Assembly (NCBI GenBank): GCA_902384455.1
Contig: CABMCB010000103.1
Span: 1-33,607, forward strand
Reading direction: 5' to 3'
DNA from: an uncultured archaeon
GTDB taxonomy: Archaea; Altiarchaeota; Altiarchaeia; IMC4; SCGC-AAA252-I15
DNA length: 33,607 nucleotides
Part shown: piece by piece, positions 1 to 9,024 of the stretch
Layout of the letters: each line of letters starts with the position of its first letter
How positions within the stretch are numbered: the stretch's first letter is position 1
Position numbers and translations under genes: made by a program
The notes under the pieces: generated by a model
Told to the model about the DNA's origin: nothing
The model's database searches: none
Seen by the model: only the letters and a program-made list of their open reading frames with translations

Positions 1-2
1 GC

Positions 3-425
3 TACGGAGTGTTCCGATTCAACTCCTTGCCGCAGGATTTCCTGGCGGTGCTTAAGAAGACGGACGCCTTAATTCTCAACAGGAAGGAATTCGACCACCT
101 TAGAGGTATAGGATTCGACGCAACAACAAAAGGCAACCCCGGCATCCTGCTTGTGACTGAGGGCGCCTTAGGCTGCGCAGTACACACGAAAAACACCGAA
201 ACGCAGATTCCCGCATATCAGGCAGACGCAGTAGACCCGTCAGGCGCAGGAGACGCATTCAACGCCGGATTCATCGCAGGCCGCATCAAGGGATTCGACG
301 TTTACGAGAGCGTTCGTATGGGCAACGCAGTAGCCGCGTTTGCCGTGGAAAAATGGGGTTGCCAGACGAACTTGCCTTCGTGGGAGGAGGCGGAACGAAG
401 AATAAGAGGTGAAAAAACGAAATGA
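3..425 (+). CDS. PfkB/ribokinase-family carbohydrate or nucleoside kinase (5'-partial, begins before the window)
   Basis: C-terminal PfkB signature VDPSGAGDAFNAGF, plus NRKE and VTEGALG motifs; frame is open from the window edge. Confidence 0.9.
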   Translation, partial: YGVFRFNSLPQDFLAVLKKTDALILNRKEFDHLRGIGFDATTKGNPGILLVTEGALGCAVHTKNTETQIPAYQADAVDPSGAGDAFNAGFIAGRIKGFDVYESVRMGNAVAAFAVEKWGCQTNLPSWEEAERRIRGEKTK

Positions 426-1540
426 GTTGGTACGCAATAGACGCTTTGGACCCCGCATTCAACTACACAAAAAATATTCTGTTTAAGCCGTTCAGGCTGA
501 ACTGGTGGCTTAAAGTCGGGTTAATCGCCTGCCTGCTTGGGGCGGGCGGATTCAGAGGCAGCATGCCCAATCCGTCAGGAGAAAGCAAGTGGAATGCTAC
601 TTCGCTCACGCCTGCTGTAGTAGCCGTAGTTCTTGCGGTACTTGTCTTCGTGCTTGTTTTCACGTACATTTCCTCGGTGGCCCAATTCATGCTTCTTGAC
701 GCGGTGCTCAAAAAAGAGGACGGACTCATAGCTTCGTTCAAAAGAAACGCCGAGAAGGGCTTAAGCCTCTTTTTGTTTCAGATGGCGCTGCTTCTGGCTG
801 CATTGGGTATTGTTGTTGCCGCAGTCGCGGCAGGAATATATGTCAGCGAAAATTACGCCAAACCAATAGGAACCGCCGCCACCATCCTCATAATACTTGC
901 AGCACTCACTTTTTTCATCTGCTTTGTTGTGGCAATATCAGTAGTCAGCATGTTCGTTACAGACCTCGTGCTGCCGCAAATGACCCTTTTGAACAGGCCG
1001 CTTCTGACCGGGCTTCGCCGGGTGCTTTCGTCGGCGAAAAAAGAACCCTCACAATACATCGCCTACGTCCTCATGAAAATACCCCTTGGGATGGCTTCAG
1101 CAATGGTCTCTTTCCCCATAGGCATGACCGTATTCCTCATTGGACTGATTGTATTTGGGATTCCTGCAGCGGTTGTCGCCATACCCGCGTACCTGATATT
1201 CAAGGGAAGCGCAGTACTCACTTTGCTTATCGCCGTATTTGTTGTTTATGCGCTATCAGCCATCCTGATATTAGGTTACGCTTCCGTAGTCTTAACCCTA
1301 CCCATCACCGTCTACTTCAGGGCGTACAGCCTCTACTTCCTTAAAGCAACAGACGCCGAAATGCCGCTTGAAATGCTTGCCGAAAAGAAAACCGTGAAGC
1401 AAAGTTTCAAAACAACAACAAGAACATTAAAGGAAACCACGCCAAAACGCAGCGGACGCCCCACATCAACCAGAAAAACAACCTCAGCAGGCACAAAGAA
1501 GACAAAACAAGCCGGACGGAAGAATTTAAGGGTCTACTGA
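422..1540 (+). CDS. Multi-pass membrane protein of unknown function (archaeal DUF7544-like) with a Lys/Thr-rich C-terminal tail
   Basis: Several hydrophobic helices; MSWYAIDAL...A...TK.LF start and YFRAYSLYFL end are typical of this archaeal family; ATGA overlap with the upstream kinase. Confidence 0.7.
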   Translation: MSWYAIDALDPAFNYTKNILFKPFRLNWWLKVGLIACLLGAGGFRGSMPNPSGESKWNATSLTPAVVAVVLAVLVFVLVFTYISSVAQFMLLDAVLKKEDGLIASFKRNAEKGLSLFLFQMALLLAALGIVVAAVAAGIYVSENYAKPIGTAATILIILAALTFFICFVVAISVVSMFVTDLVLPQMTLLNRPLLTGLRRVLSSAKKEPSQYIAYVLMKIPLGMASAMVSFPIGMTVFLIGLIVFGIPAAVVAIPAYLIFKGSAVLTLLIAVFVVYALSAILILGYASVVLTLPITVYFRAYSLYFLKATDAEMPLEMLAEKKTVKQSFKTTTRTLKETTPKRSGRPTSTRKTTSAGTKKTKQAGRKNLRVY

Positions 1541-1556
1541 GAAATCTAACAAAACG

Positions 1557-2543
1557 ATGAAGGCCTACATAATCGGGGGAAGCGGATACACAGGCGGAGA
1601 ACTGCTGCGCATACTACTTAACCACCCTAAGGTCTCGGACATTACAGTGACTTCACGCAAGCAAGCAGGCCAACCAGTCTCCTCAATTCACCCGCACCTG
1701 CCGGACGACATAAAATTCTCCGACTACGACAAAAACGAGGCCGTCTCATCAGACATAGTTTTCACCTGCGTGCCGCACACGACCGCAATGGACACAATAC
1801 CCGAAATCGCAGGAAAAACAAAAATAGTGGACTTATCAGCAGACTACCGCCTAAAAGACGCCGCAACATACGAACGCTACTACAAAGCCAAACACAAAGA
1901 CCCCCAACGCCTAACAACCGCCGTATACGGCATGCCCGAACTACACCGCGAAGAAATCAAAAAAGCAGACTTAGTCGCCAACCCCGGCTGCTTCCCAACC
2001 GCAATAATACCACCCGCAAAAGTACTCAAAGACGAATTCAAAGCCAAATACATAAACGCAGACGCAAAAACAGGAGTATCAGGAGCCGGAGCAGAACCCA
2101 AAGCCGACACACACTTCCCCACAATAAACGACAACATAATCCCATACAAAACAGTCGGCCACCAACACACTCCCGAAATACAGCAGGAAGCAGGAGCCCA
2201 CATACTCTTCACGCCACACCTCGTCCCACTGACCCGCGGGATACTCGCCACGATATACGCGCTCATAGACGCAGACGCCGAAACAGTCACAAACGCGATG
2301 AAAAAAGCATACGGCAAAGAACCATTCGTGGTAGTAAGAAACACCGTACCGTCTCTGCTTGCCGTGCGCGGAAGCAACTACATACACATGGGAGGCGCAG
2401 CATCAGCCGAGGGGAGAGTCGTAATATTTTCGGCCATAGACAACCTGACTAAGGGGGCGTCAAGCCAGGCGGTTCAAAACATGAATTTGATGCTCGGATA
2501 CAAGGAAACCGACGGGATAAGGCAGCTGGGTCTTAGCCCTTAG
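1557..2543 (+). CDS. argC: N-acetyl-gamma-glutamyl-phosphate reductase (ArgC/LysY family)
   Basis: GGSGYTGGELLRIL Rossmann motif, DLSADYRL, catalytic NPGCFPT, SGAG, IDNLTKGASSQAVQNMN. Confidence 0.95.
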   Translation: MKAYIIGGSGYTGGELLRILLNHPKVSDITVTSRKQAGQPVSSIHPHLPDDIKFSDYDKNEAVSSDIVFTCVPHTTAMDTIPEIAGKTKIVDLSADYRLKDAATYERYYKAKHKDPQRLTTAVYGMPELHREEIKKADLVANPGCFPTAIIPPAKVLKDEFKAKYINADAKTGVSGAGAEPKADTHFPTINDNIIPYKTVGHQHTPEIQQEAGAHILFTPHLVPLTRGILATIYALIDADAETVTNAMKKAYGKEPFVVVRNTVPSLLAVRGSNYIHMGGAASAEGRVVIFSAIDNLTKGASSQAVQNMNLMLGYKETDGIRQLGLSP

Positions 2544-4492
2544 ATTTTTTCACCCAACTCTTTGAGCTGACTTTCAAATTTCGCCATAAGCGCCGCGTAT
2601 ATTGAGTCGTTGATTTCTCCAGCCTCTTTCTTTTCCTTGAGCAATCTAATCTTCTCGTCCAGCGTATTTTTTTCCTTAATTGCGGTAGCGCGTTCCGCAT
2701 CTGGCACACGTGATTTTTCTACAGGCGCATCCGCAGATTGGACCGGCGGCGTTGCGGGAGGGGGTGATATTTTTACGGGAGCGGACAATACCACTTCAGG
2801 TGCCGCAGCAACCCCTAAACGCGCCTTGTACTGCTCAATTAAATCCCAAAGCTCAGCATAAACGTCTGACTCCCCGCTCTTACTTATCTGCTTCTCAGCC
2901 AGGCGCATCCAAGGGACAAGAGACGACTTGCGGCTTGCTAGTACCGTTAAGAAATCCTTCATTGTCGTAGGACGGTGGACTCCGCCGTGCACCGCCTCCT
3001 GCCAAGGAATCCTGACGCTCTCGTCGCATATCGCCTTTATGTCAGCGCTGCTGTAGCCGTCAGTCAAATCCGCAAGCTTCCCCACGTCAACCGACCCATC
3101 ATGAGGAACCTTCTTCAGATGAACTGAGAATATCGCCTCACGAGCCACCTTGTCCGGAGGGGGCAAAAGGATTTGAATCGTGAAACGGCCTGACCGCCTC
3201 AATGCAGGGTCAATGTCCCAGGGGGCGTTTGTGGACCCTATCACCAGCAGGTTTATGTTTGAGCTTTCCACTCCGTCCATTTCAGTCAGAAACTGGTTTA
3301 TGACCATGCGGCTGCTTGTGGACTGCGCCGACTCCCGTCGCCCGCCAAGAGCGTCAATCTCATCGAAGAAGATTATTGCGGGGGTGTTGGCGCGCGCGTC
3401 CTCAAACTGGTTGTGAAGGTTGTCTGCGCCGACCTGAGGCTCCATGCCGATTATTTCATTGGCGTTTACCGAGTAGAAGTTCGCTCCGCACTCGCCCACC
3501 GTCGCCCGCACAATGTACGTTTTGCCGCAGCCGGGCGGACCGTAAAACAATATGCTTCCGCCGCCCTTCTTCTGGTATTCAGACGAGACATCCGGGCTCT
3601 TCAACGGGTACACTATGGCTTCGCGGATGCGCTCCTTGACTGCGTCCATCCCGGCTACGTGAGTGAAATTTATCGTCGCTGCTTCGAACGCTATTTCTTT
3701 TGCCCCCGCATGGGCGCCAAGCATTATTGGCGCCATATTCTTAGGGTGAGATACTGAAGCAGGGTGCTGGCCGGACGCCTTATTCAGCATGAGGTAGTGC
3801 TGGGCGACGGACGTCTTGCCGGCTATGTGCTCGTGGATGTAAGCAACCGGCAGGTAAACTACTTTTTCGATTTGCGCAACTGCGCCGAATGTGCTCCCGA
3901 TGGTTTTGGCTATTGCTTCGGGATTGTGATGTATGCTTTGGCATTCTATTGAACCATCTGACGTATCGGAGACGACAAAGTACCTTGAGAGGTCATGACA
4001 TGCGTTTGAAAACGATGGCACCCTAGAGCTTAACTTAACGTAAACCGTTGCCTGATGCTGGTATGTGTCCACCAACTGCTGATGAAGCAACGGAGCCAAA
4101 TCCTCCTGCTTAAACTCCGCCACAGACGTCGTCCCGTGATCTACAAGAAACCCAAACGCCTGCTGAACCGGCTGAGGAAGCGACTCTAAAACAGACAGAA
4201 AATTTTGGGCATCTAACGAAGGTTCCTCCACAGCATGATGAAACGGCAGAAGCCCCTTCACTTTGCTTGCGTACCCCGGCCGAACAACAGTATAAATCGA
4301 CTTATTGACCAAGTTGACGAAGAACCGATTCTCTTCCTCAGACTTGCCTTTAAGGCGCATAAGACGGACCGAAAGCAGAGGCACATACTCCTTCACCATC
4401 TTGACGTCCTTTCCAACGCACAATTTATTCAAAGAATCTTCGATTTCAGCAGAGACGACAAAAACAGAAACCCCGATACGATTTATTTTCAT
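2540..4492 (-). CDS. Classic-clade AAA ATPase with one AAA domain, an uncharacterised N-terminal region, a Pro-rich linker and a C-terminal coiled coil
   Basis: Walker A GPPGCGKT, Walker B IIFFDE, SRH STNAPWDIDPALRRSGRF; ATGA overlap with the upstream paralog. Confidence 0.9.
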   Translation of the reverse strand: MKINRIGVSVFVVSAEIEDSLNKLCVGKDVKMVKEYVPLLSVRLMRLKGKSEEENRFFVNLVNKSIYTVVRPGYASKVKGLLPFHHAVEEPSLDAQNFLSVLESLPQPVQQAFGFLVDHGTTSVAEFKQEDLAPLLHQQLVDTYQHQATVYVKLSSRVPSFSNACHDLSRYFVVSDTSDGSIECQSIHHNPEAIAKTIGSTFGAVAQIEKVVYLPVAYIHEHIAGKTSVAQHYLMLNKASGQHPASVSHPKNMAPIMLGAHAGAKEIAFEAATINFTHVAGMDAVKERIREAIVYPLKSPDVSSEYQKKGGGSILFYGPPGCGKTYIVRATVGECGANFYSVNANEIIGMEPQVGADNLHNQFEDARANTPAIIFFDEIDALGGRRESAQSTSSRMVINQFLTEMDGVESSNINLLVIGSTNAPWDIDPALRRSGRFTIQILLPPPDKVAREAIFSVHLKKVPHDGSVDVGKLADLTDGYSSADIKAICDESVRIPWQEAVHGGVHRPTTMKDFLTVLASRKSSLVPWMRLAEKQISKSGESDVYAELWDLIEQYKARLGVAAAPEVVLSAPVKISPPPATPPVQSADAPVEKSRVPDAERATAIKEKNTLDEKIRLLKEKKEAGEINDSIYAALMAKFESQLKELGEKI

Positions 4493-7350
4493 TTCTGAGT
4501 TCCGTCCCCCTCCAACTCATCAATCTTAACTTCTACCTCAATCAACTCCTTCTGATACTGCCCCACAAGCATCTTGAACGTCGCCTCATCAATCCCGCGG
4601 TTAGCGTACGTATGCCTCAACTTCTCCATATACTTAGTCAACTCATCCTTCTTCCGCTTAAGTTCAGCCACAAGCGCCGCCCTATTTTCCACAATAGTCA
4701 ACCGCTCATTCAAAACAGACTGCTGCGCATCCTTCCGCTCCTTAACAGCGTCAACCTTAGAAAGCGCGGCCTCAATGTCAGACAGCATCTCCTTGTAGAA
4801 GTCGGCTTCACCACTCTCCTTAAGCTGCCGGACAGCAAGCTGAAACCAAGGATGAAGAGAATTAGCCTGATTCTTAACAACCCTCAGGAAATCATCCATC
4901 CCAGCCGGCCGCTCCTTGCCGCCGTGTAGCGCCTCAACCCACGGAATCTCCAGCGCATGGTCGCATAGGGCTTTGATGTCTGCTGAAGAGTAGCCCTCCG
5001 TTTTTTCCGCAAGAACCTCAAGGTTCAGGTCTGCGGCAACCGGCTTGTTTTTAGTGTGAATCCTGAAGATGTCCTTCCTAACTTCCGCGTCCGGAGGAGA
5101 AACATACACTTGGTTTGTGAAACGACCCGACCGCCTCAACGCCGGGTCAACGTCCCATGGAGCGTTAGTGCCCCCCACAACCATGACGCCCTCAAGCTTC
5201 TGGAAACCGTCAAGCTCCGTAAGAAACTGATTGACAAGACGCTTCTCATCTCCAACCATATCCTCCCTGCGAGGAGCCAACGCATCAATCTCGTCGAAAA
5301 ACACTATTGCAGGCGCGTTCTGAGCCGCCCGCTCGAAAATGCTGTGCAAACGCATTTCGCTCTCGCCCGCCTTTGCTGAAATCACGTCAGTAATACGCAC
5401 GTTGAAGAAATTCGCCTTACACTCGCCGGCAGTCGCACGAGCAAGATAAGTTTTACCGCAACCAGGCGGTCCATAAAGCAGCACACCCCCGCCAACCACC
5501 TGCCCGAACTTCTTGGCAAGCTGCGGGTTCTTCATCGGGTAAATGATGACGCGGTTAATAATCTCTTTCGCCGCAGACAAATCAGCCACGTCAGAGAAAG
5601 TAATCGGAGGAACAGCCGCCTTCTCAACGCCCCCCGCATGAGTAAGTATGTACTTCGCAAGGTCAGGGTACAAATCCACCTCACCGCTCTCCTTAATGTG
5701 CTTTTCCGCAATCCTATACCAAGCCGTAATCGAAGAACTGCGGTTATGGATCACGGAAAGGAAATCCTCCATCGAAGACTTCCTCGAAGGCTTACCCTCC
5801 AACGCCTCAGTCCACGGAACCTCCAGCGCATCATCGCAAACTGCCTTTATGTCGGCGCTGCTGTAGTCCTCCGTCAACTCGGCGAGCTTGTCGAACTTAA
5901 TGTTCTCGTCTATGGGACGCTTTCGCGTATGAATTTTGAACAACTCGACCCGCGCCTCATAGTCCGGCGGAGGAATGAAGATCTGTTGGGTGAAACGTCC
6001 TGCGCGCCTAAGCGCAGGGTCAAGCGCCCATGGAATGTTGGTGCCGCCCAGCACAAGCACGTTCTCGTTAAGCGACTCAACGCCGTCCATCTCCATTAGG
6101 AACTGGTTCACGACCATCCTGGCGCTTCCTTCCTCGTCTTCGCGGCGGGCGCCCAACGCATCCACCTCATCGAAAAACAGGATTGACGGAGAAGCCTTGC
6201 TTGAGCGCATAAACGCGTCGTGAATGTTCTTGGCTGCCTCTTCCGAACCGCCGGACAGTATGTCGCTTGTGTTTATGTTGAAGAAGTTGACTCCGCATTC
6301 GCCCACCGTCGCACGAGCGATGTAAGTCTTACCGCAACCTGGGGGGCCGTAAAGGAGTATGCTTCCTCCACCCTTCTTCTGGTACTGCTTGGCAAGCTGC
6401 GGGTTCTTGAGGGGGTATATGATTGCCTCTTTTATCTTCTGCTTGACCTCTGTCATGTCGGCTACGTCGGCGAATGTTATGGTGGAAGATTCGACTGGCA
6501 CGGAACCTGAGACGCCCATTTCCGTCATGAAGGATATCGGCTTAAGCTTTTCTTTTGTCGCAAACTCCCTCTTGGCCTCATGGCTGCCTTTAGCGCAGAT
6601 GGGGTAAGTGTAAACCTCCGTCTGCTTTCCCTCCACCGTCTTTACCGAAAGGTTGAAGGGTAGATAGACGAGTTCTGTGAACATGGCGGCCCCGCCGTAC
6701 AGATACCCAAGAACATCTATTATCCGCTCGTGACTAAACCTAATCGACTCCTTACGGTACTCGTCGTCTACGAAATCCACGACGTCCACAAACCGGTCCA
6801 GATTATAGCGGCGGTTGTCGAAGTTGGGCAGAAGCATGTTTAGCTTCACGAAAACCTTGTGGTAAATTTCCTGGTCATCCTCGACGTACAAACGATAAAA
6901 ATTGAACAACTGATTGACCTCAGGCTCGTACGTGCGAACCAGCCCCTCACGCAAAAGCTCATTGATAACGCCGTGATCCAACGCCTCATAATCTATGCTG
7001 CCATACTCATAAAGCGACCCTATCACACTAAGGACAGAATCATTATAGTCCATTATTCTCGCCAAAAAATCAGACTTCACAAGATTAGGCGTCCCGCCCC
7101 AAACGCTGTTCCGGTGGGAATAATACAAGTCGCCGTTGAACATGTTGATGTAAAAATAGTTCTCCGTCTTGTCGAACGTAGTACTCTTAAAGAACTTCCC
7201 CTTCTCCACCTTGTGCGACCGAACAACCTTGAACTTGCCAACAGGATAATAACCACGGTCACCTTTACCACTCTTTACGGCCTTCAGAAAACCCTCTTCA
7301 ACCTTCCTGTTTATCGCAAACGAACTCGTCTGTACCTTATTAATCTTCAT
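4489..7350 (-). CDS. Tandem (D1-D2) CDC48-like AAA ATPase with a non-CDC48 N-terminal region and a C-terminal coiled coil
   Basis: Two complete AAA modules (GPPGCGKT; ILFFDE and IVFFDE; TN..W..DPALRR.GRF); the N-terminal ~285 aa do not look like the double-psi-barrel N domain. Confidence 0.9.
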   Translation of the reverse strand: MKINKVQTSSFAINRKVEEGFLKAVKSGKGDRGYYPVGKFKVVRSHKVEKGKFFKSTTFDKTENYFYINMFNGDLYYSHRNSVWGGTPNLVKSDFLARIMDYNDSVLSVIGSLYEYGSIDYEALDHGVINELLREGLVRTYEPEVNQLFNFYRLYVEDDQEIYHKVFVKLNMLLPNFDNRRYNLDRFVDVVDFVDDEYRKESIRFSHERIIDVLGYLYGGAAMFTELVYLPFNLSVKTVEGKQTEVYTYPICAKGSHEAKREFATKEKLKPISFMTEMGVSGSVPVESSTITFADVADMTEVKQKIKEAIIYPLKNPQLAKQYQKKGGGSILLYGPPGCGKTYIARATVGECGVNFFNINTSDILSGGSEEAAKNIHDAFMRSSKASPSILFFDEVDALGARREDEEGSARMVVNQFLMEMDGVESLNENVLVLGGTNIPWALDPALRRAGRFTQQIFIPPPDYEARVELFKIHTRKRPIDENIKFDKLAELTEDYSSADIKAVCDDALEVPWTEALEGKPSRKSSMEDFLSVIHNRSSSITAWYRIAEKHIKESGEVDLYPDLAKYILTHAGGVEKAAVPPITFSDVADLSAAKEIINRVIIYPMKNPQLAKKFGQVVGGGVLLYGPPGCGKTYLARATAGECKANFFNVRITDVISAKAGESEMRLHSIFERAAQNAPAIVFFDEIDALAPRREDMVGDEKRLVNQFLTELDGFQKLEGVMVVGGTNAPWDVDPALRRSGRFTNQVYVSPPDAEVRKDIFRIHTKNKPVAADLNLEVLAEKTEGYSSADIKALCDHALEIPWVEALHGGKERPAGMDDFLRVVKNQANSLHPWFQLAVRQLKESGEADFYKEMLSDIEAALSKVDAVKERKDAQQSVLNERLTIVENRAALVAELKRKKDELTKYMEKLRHTYANRGIDEATFKMLVGQYQKELIEVEVKIDELEGDGTQK

Positions 7351-7451
7351 GGACGCTTCCCGTATCTAAACTCGCTACGCGTAATTCCATACGAGTTGGG
7401 GGTTTTTAAGTCTCCGACCGGAATACATTATACCCAACGGGTGATGAAATT

Positions 7452-7949
7452 ATGAATATTGCTGGAAAATCCATTGGAGAGTACATCTCCGCCATGAAGA
7501 AGACCTTAATTATTGTTGTTGTGCTACAGCTCATCAACTTTGTGATAAGCCTCATAGGAACAATAGGCGGAAAACTGCCGGTCATCGGCGCCATCGCAGG
7601 ACTACTCGCAGGAATAGTCGGCCTGCTTGTCAGCCTGGCAATCGGATTAATCGAACTAGCCCTATGCGTGTACGTAGGCTACAACCTAGCGAAGAAACTC
7701 AAAGGAACACTCGTACAAGGAGCCATCGCCGGAGCAATATTCGGCCTCATAACAGGAGTTATCGGCGCAGTACTGGGAGCAATAAACAGCATACTTAACG
7801 CAATATTCGGATTCAACGCCATGGCCGCAGCCATATCGATTGTCGTAATCATAATAACCCTTGTTGCCACGCCAATAGTCGGAGCTATCGTAGGGGCAAT
7901 ATTGGGAGCAATCGGCGCAATTGTCGGCGGCGGAACAGGCAAAAAATAA
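7452..7949 (+). CDS. Gly-rich small membrane protein (DUF5518-like)
   Basis: About 4 TM helices with GxxxG repeats (GAIAGAIFG, GAIVGAILGAIGAIVG); GGTGAT SD-like sequence upstream. Confidence 0.7.
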   Translation: MNIAGKSIGEYISAMKKTLIIVVVLQLINFVISLIGTIGGKLPVIGAIAGLLAGIVGLLVSLAIGLIELALCVYVGYNLAKKLKGTLVQGAIAGAIFGLITGVIGAVLGAINSILNAIFGFNAMAAAISIVVIIITLVATPIVGAIVGAILGAIGAIVGGGTGKK

Positions 7950-7971
7950 GGCCGTTAACGGAGGACAAACT

Positions 7972-8421
7972 ATGCCGCGGAAAAAGACGGACGACGCTAA
8001 GGAAACTGAAGAAAAGACTTCTCCCCCCGCCCAGGAAGCAAAGGAGCCTGTAAAAGAACGTGCGGCCGCAAAAAGCGGCGCTGGCAACAGCAACGTTCTT
8101 GCAGCACTGTCTTACCTTGCTATGCCGCTGGTGGGCATCATCGTCTACATAGTGTCGGAAAAAGACAAATACGCCCGCTTCCACGCCATACAATCAATAC
8201 TGGTAGGAGCCGCAGCCCTGATCATATATATACCTATGATTTTCGTGTCTATGGTTTTGATGTTCATCCCAGTAGTCGGCTGGCTAATTGCCCTGATAAT
8301 CTGGCTGGTCATCGGACTGGGCGGCATAGGACTGTGGATTTTACTGCTGTACAAAGCCTTCACCGGCGAAAAATACAAGCTGCCGGTGCTTGGCGACTAC
8401 GCAGAAAAGTACGCGGGCTAA
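7972..8421 (+). CDS. DUF4870-family membrane protein
   Basis: ALSYL...RFHAIQS...IPVVGW...KAFTGEKYKLPVLGDYAE signature; GGAGG SD before the ATG at 7972, so the ORF-track start at 7921 is probably too early. Confidence 0.85.
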   Translation: MPRKKTDDAKETEEKTSPPAQEAKEPVKERAAAKSGAGNSNVLAALSYLAMPLVGIIVYIVSEKDKYARFHAIQSILVGAAALIIYIPMIFVSMVLMFIPVVGWLIALIIWLVIGLGGIGLWILLLYKAFTGEKYKLPVLGDYAEKYAG

Positions 8422-8455
8422 ACAGATAATCTCGGTAAGTCGATGTTTTAATGCT

Positions 8456-9010
8456 ATGAGAAGAGAACCAAATAGTGTTGGAGAGGAAACAAAACAGGAA
8501 GAATTTGAACCGTATGGACCATACAAAGTAGAAGTTTCAATAAAGCCAGGAGGTAGACGAATAGAAGAACAGGAAGTAGGTTCTTTTTGTAACGCACCAT
8601 GTATGGACGTAGTCTCCGGCTCGAGAGGATGCTATATTTTTTGTATGAAAGTTTCCAATACTATGTTACCAGGGTATATAGGGAAGGCAACGAAAGATTT
8701 CAAGAGTGAAATTTTTTCACCTCATAAGTTAGATATATATAATTCTGTTTTAACAGATTATGAAAGAAAGTATAAACCATTTATCCTGTTTTTGATCCCA
8801 AAAAAAAGGAAGGGAAAAACTAACAAAAAAGCGATAGATGAGTTGGAAACGTATTTGATTAATAACGCAAGTGAGGTTAACCCGCGACTAAGAAACAAAA
8901 GGAAGATAAGGAAACCTAGCCGATGGGTGATAAAAGGCATTAGTTCGCAGATACATGGCGTACCAAAAAAAGAACTAAGAGAACTTAAACGCTTAATTGG
9001 TAAGGCATAG
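8456..9010 (+). CDS. GIY-YIG-superfamily nuclease (AT-rich, probably horizontally acquired)
   Basis: GCYIF...YIGKA bipartite motif, downstream ELE (metal-binding Glu) and NPRLRN (conserved Asn); clearly more AT-rich than neighbours; first in-frame ATG at 8456. Confidence 0.7.
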   Translation: MRREPNSVGEETKQEEFEPYGPYKVEVSIKPGGRRIEEQEVGSFCNAPCMDVVSGSRGCYIFCMKVSNTMLPGYIGKATKDFKSEIFSPHKLDIYNSVLTDYERKYKPFILFLIPKKRKGKTNKKAIDELETYLINNASEVNPRLRNKRKIRKPSRWVIKGISSQIHGVPKKELRELKRLIGKA

Positions 9011-9024
9011 TGGTTATACGCTGC

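Noticed and set aside
4489-7350. Calling the double AAA protein cdc48/VAT or Vps4/CdvC
   Set aside because: No recognisable CDC48 N domain or MIT domain, no pore aromatics, and no ESCRT-III genes in the window
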